A DNA stretch of 64,000 bases from Nitrosopumilus sp. GTDB taxonomy: Archaea; Thermoproteota; Nitrososphaeria; Nitrososphaerales; Nitrosopumilaceae. The stretch spans positions 1,472,001-1,536,000 of the forward strand of contig OZ242220.1 of assembly GCA_965206745.1 (NCBI GenBank). Direction: 5' to 3'. How positions within the stretch are numbered: position 1 is the stretch's first letter; every line of letters begins with the position of its first letter. The notes below the pieces were generated by a model that did no database searches, was not told the origin of the DNA, and saw only the letters and a program-made list of their open reading frames with translations. A program made the position numbers and the translations under genes. This document shows, piece by piece, positions 8,574 to 19,600 of the stretch.

Positions 8574-9641
8574 TTATCTCTTCATTCTAGCAGCTAGGAC
8601 AGGGAGCTCCTTCTCTATTATCTTCTCTACTGCCGGAACAATGCCTGCTCTAGCTTTTACGCTCTCCTCATAAAGCTCTGCAACCTGGTCCCTGAAGAGC
8701 AGCTTGATTCCAGCAAGTGCAGTGATCCCCTCATCGACTGTTCTGGGATCAGAGAGATCCAAGACCAGCGTGCCCTTTTTCTTCTCCTCCATGACCAGTC
8801 TAATCCTATCAAAGGTGATCAAAAAGTAGTCAGACGTGGTTGCAACAAAGACAATGTCATACTTGTCAAACCCTGTCAAGACGTCATTAAAGTCCACAGG
8901 CGTCCCCCCAAGGATTGTCGTAAAGCCGGTAACGCGTTGCACGCTCTTGCTTGCCACATCAAACTCGATACCCTTCTTCTTGAGTGTTTTTGCAAGCATT
9001 GCGGCAGGCTCGCCTGTTCCAATCACCAAGACCTTCTTCTTGGAGTCAAGTCCTGCCTTCTCATCTACTAGCTTTACTGCCACATCACCTAGCGAGACGA
9101 CATCCTTTGCAATTCCAGTAGTGTCCCTTATTCGTGTGGCCAGCCTGATTACACTCTCAAATAATTTATTCAAGATACTTCCAGACACGCCGGTATCCTT
9201 TGCATTTGCCAGGGATTGCACGATCTCATCAAAGATCTCCTGCTTTCCTACCACTACAGAGTCCAGTCCCGATGCCAACCGCAGCAGATACATGTAAACG
9301 TCATCACCCTTGTAAACCTCAAGGGTCTGATCAAAGTGATCAATGTCAATCTGCTCCAGGGAAGACAGGGACACCCAGGTATCCTTGATTTGGTTCAGTA
9401 CGAGCATTTTGCCCTCTGCTCTTCTTGCGTCAGGGGTGTCCTCAGTCTCCACGTTACTTACCGTAAAGATCTCCACCCTGCTTGCAGTCTGAATAATGAT
9501 GCACTCCTCAACGCCGGGGATCTTTTTGAATTCCTCACATGCGGCACCGACATCCTTGAATGTAAATTTTGATAGCGTGTGCAGCGGGATGTTTTTAAAA
9601 GTCACTCGCGCATTCATCACGTCAAAAGATACCTGTCCCAA
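8574..9641 (-). CDS. Glutamyl-tRNA reductase (HemA)-like protein lacking the catalytic Cys and the C-terminal dimerisation domain
   Basis: HemA layout (QTASRVE, LLRLASGLDSVVVG, VSLGDVAV, VLVIGTGE, DIVFVATTS, LDLSDPRTVD). Likely TTG start at 9641 with an SD-like GGTGGAG upstream; the track start at 9701 overlaps the upstream gene. Confidence 0.8.
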   Translation of the reverse strand: MGQVSFDVMNARVTFKNIPLHTLSKFTFKDVGAACEEFKKIPGVEECIIIQTASRVEIFTVSNVETEDTPDARRAEGKMLVLNQIKDTWVSLSSLEQIDIDHFDQTLEVYKGDDVYMYLLRLASGLDSVVVGKQEIFDEIVQSLANAKDTGVSGSILNKLFESVIRLATRIRDTTGIAKDVVSLGDVAVKLVDEKAGLDSKKKVLVIGTGEPAAMLAKTLKKKGIEFDVASKSVQRVTGFTTILGGTPVDFNDVLTGFDKYDIVFVATTSDYFLITFDRIRLVMEEKKKGTLVLDLSDPRTVDEGITALAGIKLLFRDQVAELYEESVKARAGIVPAVEKIIEKELPVLAARMKR

Positions 9642-9654
9642 ACCACTCCACCTG

Positions 9655-10338
9655 CTATGCCTTAATCCTGTCCCGTCCGCCTTTGGCGGTTCTAAAAACA
9701 TTCATTCCAAGATAGAAATTCTCATGCAGTGACTCTAGGTAAGTAATCTGGTTCTCAGTATCTGTGATCTCCTTTTGTGTCGCATCAGGATCATCTTGTA
9801 GTTGTGCAAGTTTCCCTTTGAGTTCCTCCAGAAAGGAGTCGACGCCGCGCTCATAGTTTGAAACGCCGGCAAACTCAGGGCTGAGAACGTGCTGTGGGGT
9901 ATATGCAGGGGTTTGATCCTGCGGGATTTCAGCCATTCTTGTCAGCGACTCTTGCTCGTCAGCAGAGAGGATAGGTCGTGGAAAACGGTCTGCCTTGTCC
10001 AGCCAAAATTCTGGTTCGCCCATATCGCGTCTAAAGATCTCCTCGCCCTGTCTCTTAAAAGTATAATCTGATTTTTTTGCCGATTCTGCCTTTACCTCTG
10101 CAGCAATTGCCTTGTACTCTTCTTCTGCTGCCTCCTCTGCTTGCGCCTTGGCTTTGGCTGCATTGGCCAGTGCCTTTTTGACTGCATTTTCTGCAGCTTC
10201 TGCTGCCTTGGTGGCAGCCTCCGCTTTGGCTATTGCAGATTCTGCTGAATTGGCCTCAAGTTTTGCAGCTTGGTTAGTAGCATCTTCGGATGGAGCCTCA
10301 GCAGGCTCTGCCTCTGATTCCTTTTTCTCTTCGGACAA
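9655..10338 (-). CDS. Hypothetical protein with Ala/Glu/Lys-rich coiled-coil-like N-terminus (227 aa)
   Basis: TTG start with TATTAAAA 25-32 nt upstream (10363-10370). Ends 13 bp before the HemA-like gene, so the two are probably co-transcribed. Confidence 0.75.
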   Translation of the reverse strand: MSEEKKESEAEPAEAPSEDATNQAAKLEANSAESAIAKAEAATKAAEAAENAVKKALANAAKAKAQAEEAAEEEYKAIAAEVKAESAKKSDYTFKRQGEEIFRRDMGEPEFWLDKADRFPRPILSADEQESLTRMAEIPQDQTPAYTPQHVLSPEFAGVSNYERGVDSFLEELKGKLAQLQDDPDATQKEITDTENQITYLESLHENFYLGMNVFRTAKGGRDRIKA

Positions 10339-10660
10339 TGAAATTTACTGAAATTGCCTGAATTTTAATATTCTTGTGGCAGTGGTTACTTGAAGAATGT
10401 TTTCTGATGGCAGTTTTTTGGGCGTGTCTCTGATCGGCAGAAAGGATCATGGGTTCCTCAAAAGGGAACATTCTCCCTTTCATTGACAAGGCCTTCCAAT
10501 GGGTGGTTTAGGGTATCAGGGGGAATCTTTTGGTGCATCCGCAGTACGTACTTTTTGGGTCGGTGCGATTTGAGGTGGGCCTCTCTGGATTACAGTCAGA
10601 TGATACCATGCTAGAACGGATCCCAAAGATTACAGGGTTGGCCAGTCAGCAAGACAAGGA

Positions 10661-13600
10661 CTAGTTTAACAGGTCTAATATTCTCTGCGCCTTGCCCTGC
10701 TCAATGTCGAGCTCCTCTGCGAGTTTTTCTGACTTTGAGACGCTGGACTTTGGATTTGAATAGTCATAGCTGAATGTCTGGTCAGGTATGGATACCAGCT
10801 TGCTTGCGTCAAATATCATAGTTGCCCTGTCTTGCTCCTGCTGCATCAGATTCTCAAAGTTTGAGTGCATCCTAGTCATCACGTTGACTGCACCGTCTGT
10901 GAATCGCTCCATCTCAGGTGAGGTAACTGAGAACCAGCTGCCGTGATCATTTTGTGTCCAGAGGTATCCCGAATCATCCTCCCAGATGTTGTAGCGCCTG
11001 TCCTGCTGGGTCAGGGTGATGATCTTTGCCGGTCCCTGGTTTGTCTTTTTCTGCACGATATACTGTGTCTTTGATTCAAGCAGAGAGTCGCCTGCAAACT
11101 CTACGCCCTCGTTGATGTACGTTACGGTGCTGCGTCGCTTGGAATCTACTGCAGATATTGCAAGCACGTCTGATTTCAGTGGCGCGTTAATCTTGAAGGA
11201 TATCTCAAAGGAGTGGCATATCGTACTAGAGCCGGGATTGCATGCGCCGCTGGTGACTGTGGCAGTTGTCTTGTTCTCGTCTACTAGCGACTCTTTTTGC
11301 TCGTGAATAATCTCATCTATATCATAGCCGACTGGACTGGTATAGTTCCTGTTTAGCATCAGTATGATGTCAGTTTCTGCATCTGTTGCCGCACCAATCT
11401 CGGGCACTCCAAGGGATAGTACCACATACCTGAATCCGTCAGCTGCATATGCCTTCATGGTGACGTTGTTTGTATCGCCGATTATTGACGATGTCCTTCT
11501 AAAGTCAGTGTGCCAGTTGTCAGTGACATCTAGTGTGCGGCCATTGAATGTGAATCCGTCCCTGACTAGCTGCGATGGGAGCACCTCCCATGACTTGCCA
11601 AAGGTTGGCTTTTTCTGCCAGTCATTTGAGCCGCCGTTTGTGGTTCTACGCAGTGTCAGCTCACCGTCTTGCGCAGACAATTCCCCGGTACCATCCTCAA
11701 ATGACCAGGTAAACTCGAACAATCTTGAGCTCTGACCAGATTCTAGATAACTAGAGTTAAACTGTGCAGAGAATCCACCTGTCTGATTATTTAGGGAAGA
11801 TGCGATGGATTCGGGCAAGCTACCCATATCTTTAATCCTGTATATTGACGTGTCATCTGGTGGACTCTCAGTCGGGTTTATGACTGCCCTACTCAGGTCT
11901 GGAATGTGTTGGTTGGGTCTTATTATATGTGAATACTGCCTAAATTCAGGTACTATGTTTACCTCGTTTACGATAATTTCGATATTTAGCGTAGCATCCT
12001 GATTGAGTGGCTCTGTATCAGTGAGGGTGATTGTGAATCCGACTGTGGTGTTGCCGTGAGTATCATCAGGTGTCCATGTGAATATTCCACTGGTTCTACC
12101 TATCTCTGCATTAGTATCAGTTGGGAATATTATGGCCCAGTCACCATCAACATCATTTGGAGTCAGATCATCATCGCTCAGGGTAAATGTCAGCATATCG
12201 TGTTCATCAACTGTTAGGCCTGGATCAGGAATGCCTCCGATCATGGGATCATGCCCGACGTTTATGATAGGGCCAATTATTAAAAAGTGTATTTCCATAG
12301 TGACTGGAGTAGAAATTATACCATCAGTCACTTGGACTATCCTTGTTATCGATGTACCGTCATGGACGTCACGAGGTGTGAATGTAAATACGCCGGTATC
12401 TCTATCAATGCTTCCCTGATCATTATTGCCATCCTCTAGACTCCATACCAGAGGCTCATCACCATCAGGATGCATAGCGGTGAAGGGTATTATTAGGGGC
12501 ACATCCACAGCGAGCCCTACAGGGAAATCTACAGGGAGACCTACAAAGAGATCTGGTGTGTTTATTACCGGTGGCAGGTTGTCGTTGGTTACCTCTATGG
12601 AACTAGTCTGCATTATGTTAGCATTTGGACCGTTGCCGTCGTCATTGTATGTCCACCTGAACTCGAACCGTTCTGGTGAGAGTGCGTTAGTTGTCGCATT
12701 ATGGGATACGGTTCCTTCAAATGTTCCATCATCAGGGTTTATCCTTATTCCAAGTGGCAGTTCGCCAGATTCGTGGGTATATGTTATGTCAGATGACGGA
12801 TTCTCCACATCATCTGTAATTGTAATTGAGAGCGAGCCAGGTACTGGGTTTCCCTCGACTACTTGCACATTGTATAGTGTGCCAGATAGGGTTGGTTCCT
12901 GGTTTGAAGTGTCTGCATTTACAGTAATTGCGTGAGGTACGCTTGCTCGTTGATTATCAACGTCAGTCAGAGTGAATGTAAACTCGACTGTAGTATCGAC
13001 AAACTGTGAACCGGGAGTCCATGAGAATAGTATGTTTTGTCCGGTGGTTGCATTAAGTGTTGCGCCAGTAGTAGTGGTTGAATTATCTGATAGTCTCCAT
13101 ATTGGCAGAGGATCATTTCTGTCAAGATCATCGCCGGTCACGATAAATGATACGGGACTACCAACAATAATTTCTCTAGGAGCAGTACTTGAAATAGGAT
13201 CTACTGTAGGCGCTCGGTTATTGTTGTTTATTGTCAGTCTGGCATCATATTCTGCTCGTGCTGTTCCAGCATTATCCTCATAGCTCCAGACAAAGTTATA
13301 GATTACCTCGCCTTCTGCATGATTTACTGTATCAAATGGAAGCCTGCCGCCTGCAAATACACCTGACTGTTCATTTAGGGTCCCTGCAACAGGCAAGTCG
13401 CCAGATACGTACCTGAATTCACGTATAATGCCAGGTGGCATTCCGTCAGGATATGTAATTACACTAGACAGGGAAGGAATGATCTGATTCTCTGATCTAG
13501 TAAAGTTGTATGAACCGATTGTAGCAGGGGTTGGCGGTTCACTTGTTGCAGACACAGTAATTGTGTGCGGTTCAGTGCTAGACCCACCATGACCATCACT

Positions 13601-16600
13601 TAGCGTAAATGTAAATACAGTATCACCCATATGGTCTTCCGTAGGAGTCCATGTGAATTCTATGTTTCGTCCGGTGGTTGCATTAAGTGTTGCGCCAGTA
13701 GCGGTTGAAGAATCATCTGATAGGGACCATGTCAAAGGATCTCCATCAGGATCCGTACCGGTCAGAGGGAATGTAACTGAGCTGCCTGCATCAACTTGGG
13801 AAGGAGTATTAGGAATGCCTGCGATTACTGGATTCTGGTTTGAAGTGTCTGCATTTACAGTAATTGCGTGAGGTACGCTTGCTCGTTGATTATCAACGTC
13901 AGTCAGAGTGAATGTAAACTCGACTGTAGTATCGACAAACTGTGAACCGGGAGTCCATGAGAATAGTATGTTTTGTCCGGTGGTTGCATTAAGTGTTGCG
14001 CCAGTAGTAGTGGTTGAATTATCTGATAGTCTCCATATTGGCAGAGGATCATTTCTGTCAAGATCATCGCCGGTCACGATAAATGATACGGGACTACCAA
14101 CAATAATTTCTCTAGGAGCAGTACTTGAAATAGGATCTACTGTAGGCGCTCGGTTATTGTTGTTTATTGTCAGTCTGGCATCATATTCTGCTCGTGCTGT
14201 TCCAGCATTATCCTCATAGCTCCAGACAAAGTTATAGATTACCTCGCCTTCTGCATGATTTACTGTATCAAATGGAAGCCTGCCGCCTGCAAATACACCT
14301 GACTGTTCATTTAGGGTCCCTGCAACAGGCAAGTCGCCAGATACGTACCTGAATTCACGTATAATGCCAGGTGGCATTCCGTCAGGATATGTAATTACAC
14401 TAGACAGGGAAGGAATGATCTGATTCTCTGATCTAGTAAAGTTGTATGAACCGATTGTAGCAGGGGTTGGCGGTTCACTTGCTGCAGACACAATAATTGT
14501 GTGCGGTTCAGTGCTAGACCCACCATGACCATCACTTAGCGTAAATGTAAATTCGTTATCACCTATATGCGCTTCTGCAGGAGTCCATGAGAATTCTATG
14601 TTTGATCCGGTGGTTGCATTAAGTGTTGCACCCAGAGTGTTAGGCGATAGAACCCATGTCAAAGAATTCCTATCAGGATCCATACCGGTCACGACAAATG
14701 TGACTGGGTTGCCTACAACAGCTGTGGGATCGGCATCCGCTGGGATGGTTATTTCTGGGTCTCTGACAGGTATATCAAATGATATATCCCTAGTGACTGG
14801 AGTAGTAATTATACCATCAGTCAATTGGACTGTCCTCGTTACCATTTGACCTTCCTGGGAGCTAAGAGGTGTAAATTCATATTCGCCGGTAAGCCTATTA
14901 ATTACTGCGCCCTCATTATTGCCATCAAGTATACTCCATGCAAAGTTAGCAGCATCACCGGGATCAGGATCCATACCCTCAAAATCTATCGGTTCTATTG
15001 CTTCACCTACATTGGGCATATCATCGTAATCTAGTGGGTCATCTATTGTCGGGGATCGGTTGACGTCGGTTACAGTTATGGTACCAGACTGCACCCCTGC
15101 TGATCCAATGCCGTCTGCAAATATCCAATTAAAGTTAAAGGTTACAGAACCTTGTGCAGCGGTTACATCATCAAATGGAATGGTGCCATCAAATTCGCCG
15201 GTGTCAGAATCCAAAAGATTTATGATGCCCTGAGGCAGGTTGCCGCCTGTGACTTCATACCCGGAGATAGTTTGTGCCGGAGTCAGAACAGAATCTATAA
15301 CTTCACTATACAAAGAGGGAAGAGTGTCACCTTCTGCTACTATCTCATCATAGGTATTAAATGAAGGCAGTTCCTCGACTGTCAGGGTGTAGGTACCTGA
15401 ATCAGGACCTGCAGTAGTGCTTGTTGCAGTGTAGTCTATTGCAAAGTCCTGTGATGTCGAACCGTCATTTATGGCATCAAGGTCTAGATTTCCAGTTATG
15501 GTACATGCGGCATTAAGTGTGAGACTGCCAGGCAGTAGGGAGTCAGGGGCACAGGTTATTTCGCCATCACCTGTAACTCCAAGTGGGATGTCTACTGTCT
15601 CACCTTCTGTGCGAGTTGAGGTACCGTTCGGTGCAGTAATTGTTGAAACGTCATCTACCAGTATGGTGCCAGGCTGGGATCCAGATGTAGATTCACCAAC
15701 ACTGTATGTCCATTCAAATGGGAATGGTCGTGGTGAGTTTCCGGCAGTTGTAGCATCATGGGGTACGGTTCCTGCAAATGTTCCATCATCACGGTTTAGC
15801 GTTATGCCAGATGGCAGTGCTTCAGTAAGTACGATGTCATATGTTATGCCAGGTACCGACTCTACACCAACTATTACACTTGCAAGCGAGGTGGGTATTT
15901 GCTGTCCCTCATCGACATCAACAGTGTATGGGCCAGATGTGTCAGGCAGTTCACTTGCTGCTGCAGACACAATAATTGTGTGCGGTTCAGTGCTAGATCC
16001 ACCACGACCATCACTTAGCGTAAATGTAAATTCGTTAGGACCTATATGCGCTTCTGCAGGAGTCCATGTGAATTCTATGCTTGATCCGGTGGTTGCATTA
16101 AGTACTGCACCGGTGGCAGTTGAAGAATCATCTGATAGGGACCATGTCAAAGTATTGCCATCAGGATCCTCACCGGTCACTACAAATGTGACTGGGTCGC
16201 CTACAACAGCTGTGGTATCGGCATCCGGTGGGATGGTTATGATTGGGTCTCTGACAGGTATAGTAAATTCTATTATCCTAGTGGCTGGAGTAGTAATTAT
16301 ACCATCAGTCACTTGGACTGTCCTATCTGCAAATCCACCTTCATGGAAATGAGGAGGCGTATATGTAAAGAATCCGGTTCTCGCATCAATTTCTGCACCC
16401 TGATCATTGCCGCGTTCTAGACTCCATACCAGTTCCTCATCACCATCAAGATGCGTAGCGGTGAACTGTATTTCTACGAGGTCACCTACATTGGGTGTAG
16501 GATCGAAAGTGTCTGGGGTATTTATTGTCGGTGCCAGGTTGACGTTGATTACCTCTATGGAACTAGTCTGAGTTATGTTAGCATTTGGACCGTTGCCGTC

Positions 16601-19600
16601 GTCATTGTATGTCCACCTGAACTCGAACCGTTCTGGTGAGAGTGCGTTAGTTGTCGCATTATGGGATACGGTTCCTTCAAATGTTCCATCATCAGGGTTT
16701 AGCCTTATTCCAAGTGGCAGTTCGCCAGATTCGTGGGTATATCTTATTATGGGGAATAGCGTATCGTCGGGATCATTAATTGCACCTGAGAGGGAACGTA
16801 GTACTGAGTCTCCCTCGCGGACTTGCTCACTGTACGGTGTGTCAGATAGGGACGGTGGTGCGTTTGTCTCTGCCACATCAAATGCGATGGTATAGGTGGC
16901 TACCTTCTCTCCGGGATCAGTCAGGGTGATTATAAAGTGGACTGTGCTGCTGCCGTGGGATTCACCTGGTGTCCACGTGAATATGCCATCTTGATCAATC
17001 ACTGCATTGTTGGTTGCATTTGCCTGTACAGTCCACTCCGGCTCATCATCACCTGTATCAGTGTCAGGATCCATGCCCTCAAAGTCAACTGATACCAATT
17101 CTCCCTCATCAGGTGTATCATCAACAGCACCTGAAGGACCGTCTATCACAGGTGCTCTGTTATAGTTGGTTACAGTGATTGTGCCAGCCCGGACAGGTTC
17201 TGGTGTATTGACGCCGTCATCATATGTCCATTGGATGGTGTAGACTCTGGTAGGGTCTGCATAGGTTGCAGTGTCAAATGGGAATGATGCATCAAATGCG
17301 CCAGTTGTCTCATCAAAGGAGCCGCTGACGACAGCAGGTAGTGGAGGGTCGCTTGATTCTAACGTGTATACGATGGTGCCAGATGACGATTCCACAGGGT
17401 CACTTACCGCACTTGAGAGTGGCGGAATTCTGCCGCCTTCAGATACTCCGGCATTATATTCAGATAGGTCTGGTATCTCGTCTATTGTTGGTGTGAGTTC
17501 CGTCTCAGATACGGTAAATTCAATCTCTTCAGTGGCTCTTGCGCCTATAGGATCAGTGAGGGTGATGTTAAATGAGACAGTGTCTCCATCGCCATACTGA
17601 CCGCCTGGAATCCACAAAAAGTCACCGGTGGCAGGATTGATAATTGCGCCGTCATTGTTTGGAGATATGCCCCATATTGGTGCAGCCTCGCCTGTAGTGT
17701 CATCAGTATCAGGATCCATACCCTCAAAGTCATATGATACTGCTTGGAATTGGGCAGGTGTATTGTTGATACCGTTCGGAGGTGTGATTACAGGCTCTCG
17801 GTTGTCGTTGTTTACTGTCAGTATGGCAAACATTTGAGGCGGTGATGGGTTGGTGTCATCTGTATACGTCCATGTAATGTTATAGTTTACAAAGCCTGGA
17901 TCAGAGTCTGCAGTGTCAAATGGGAACGTGTCTGAAAAGTCACCGGTTGCACTATCAATGGTGATACCAGGCAGTGGAGGGTCACTTGATACAAATGTAT
18001 AACTGATGGTACCGTCTGGAGAATCTTCGGCAGGGTCGCTGACTACGATGGAGAGTGACGGTACATCCTGTCCTTCAAGGATTGACTGTGAGTATTGGAC
18101 AATTCGGGGCGGATCACTTTCTGGCGTGTTTGGAGTGTCAGTTATGACAAATGGGACAGTCCTTGTGACCTGCTCATCTGCAGCATCAGTTAAGGTGAAT
18201 ATAACATCTACTGTGCCGGCGTGGGACTCGCCTGGAATCCACAGGAATGTGCCGTTTTCTGGATGAATCGTTGCATCGACAGTAGCATCAGCAGAGGATA
18301 CGCTCCACCTTGGCAGAGGATCGTTTGTGTCCTCATCAGAGCCGCTGGCAATAAATGATATTATTTCAAACTCAGAGTATGTCCTGGGGCCCGGAATCAG
18401 GTCAATTGTAGGTGCTCGGTTCTCGTTCTCTACAGTCAGGATGCCGTGCTGTACAGGAGAGGTTACAGAGTTGTATGTAAGGGTCCACTCAAACTCGTAG
18501 GTTGCAGGATCCTCCAAGGCAGATACCGTATCGTATGGAATGACATTTCTAAATGCGCCGGTGTTAGTATTCAGGAGATCTTTGAGGGATTCAGGCAGGG
18601 TGCCTTCTCCGATGTCGTAGACTAGTGTGGCGCCTGGTGGAATTGTATCGGGGTCAACTGCATCAGACAGTGAAGGAATCACGCTATTCTCTGCTACTCT
18701 TTCTGTGTAGGAGGTAAATGTCGGTTCGACACTTTGAGGCGGCTCGGTTCTCTCCTGCACGTCAACTGTGATGATTCGGTCATCCTTGTCCCCTGCAGGA
18801 TCAGTGAGGGTGAGCTTGAATGAGGCCGTGGTACTGGCATGAGTGTCATCAGGGGTCCACGTGAATAGACCGCTTGTCCTGCCAATCTCTGCACCGTCAT
18901 CATTTGGAGATATGCTCCATGTTGGGGCAGCCTCGCCTGTAGCAGAATCAGTATCGGGATCATCGCCTGTCATGGTAAATTGCAGGGTATCTCCAGGACT
19001 AGGTGAGACAAACGAGGGTGTTGCACCTATCACGGGCTCTCGGTTGTCGTTGTTTACTCGCAACGAGCCGAATTGTTCCTCTGGTACTGCACCACTGCCG
19101 TCTGTATACATCCATGTTATCTCATATCGTATAAAGCCAGGATCAGAGTCTGTGGTGTTAAATGGGAATGATCCGTCAAAGTCACCGGTGTTCTCATCAA
19201 AGTCGACGTCATCAGGCAGGTCCGGGCTGATGTCTAACAATTCATAACGGATGGCACCGTCTGGCGGAACCTCTACGGGATCTCGGACCAGTTCTGAGAG
19301 ACTGGGAATTGGACTGCCTTCCAATACTCCCCTCACGTAACGGAATATGGCAGGTTCCTCATTTACGTCTGGCGTGTCATCAACATTAGTTATGGTAAAG
19401 TCAAGCGGTACATCGTCTTTGTCACCTACAGGATCAGTGAGGGTGACGTTAAATGAGACTGTGTCTCCCTCGTCATACTGGTCACCCACAATCCACGTGA
19501 ATGCCCCACTGGTGGAATTGATGTATGCACCGTCATCATTTGGAGATATGCTCCATGTTGGGGGATCATCACCTGTATCAGTATCTTCATCCATACCCTC

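Noticed and set aside
8574-9701. Assigning the symbol hemA and the 9701 start
   Set aside because: The catalytic Cys and substrate-binding residues are substituted. The longer start overlaps the upstream gene, whereas TTG 9641 has an SD-like motif.
871-10489. Short ORFs overlapping the housekeeping genes
   Set aside because: They lie wholly or partly over well-supported genes, mostly antisense, and show no family motifs.
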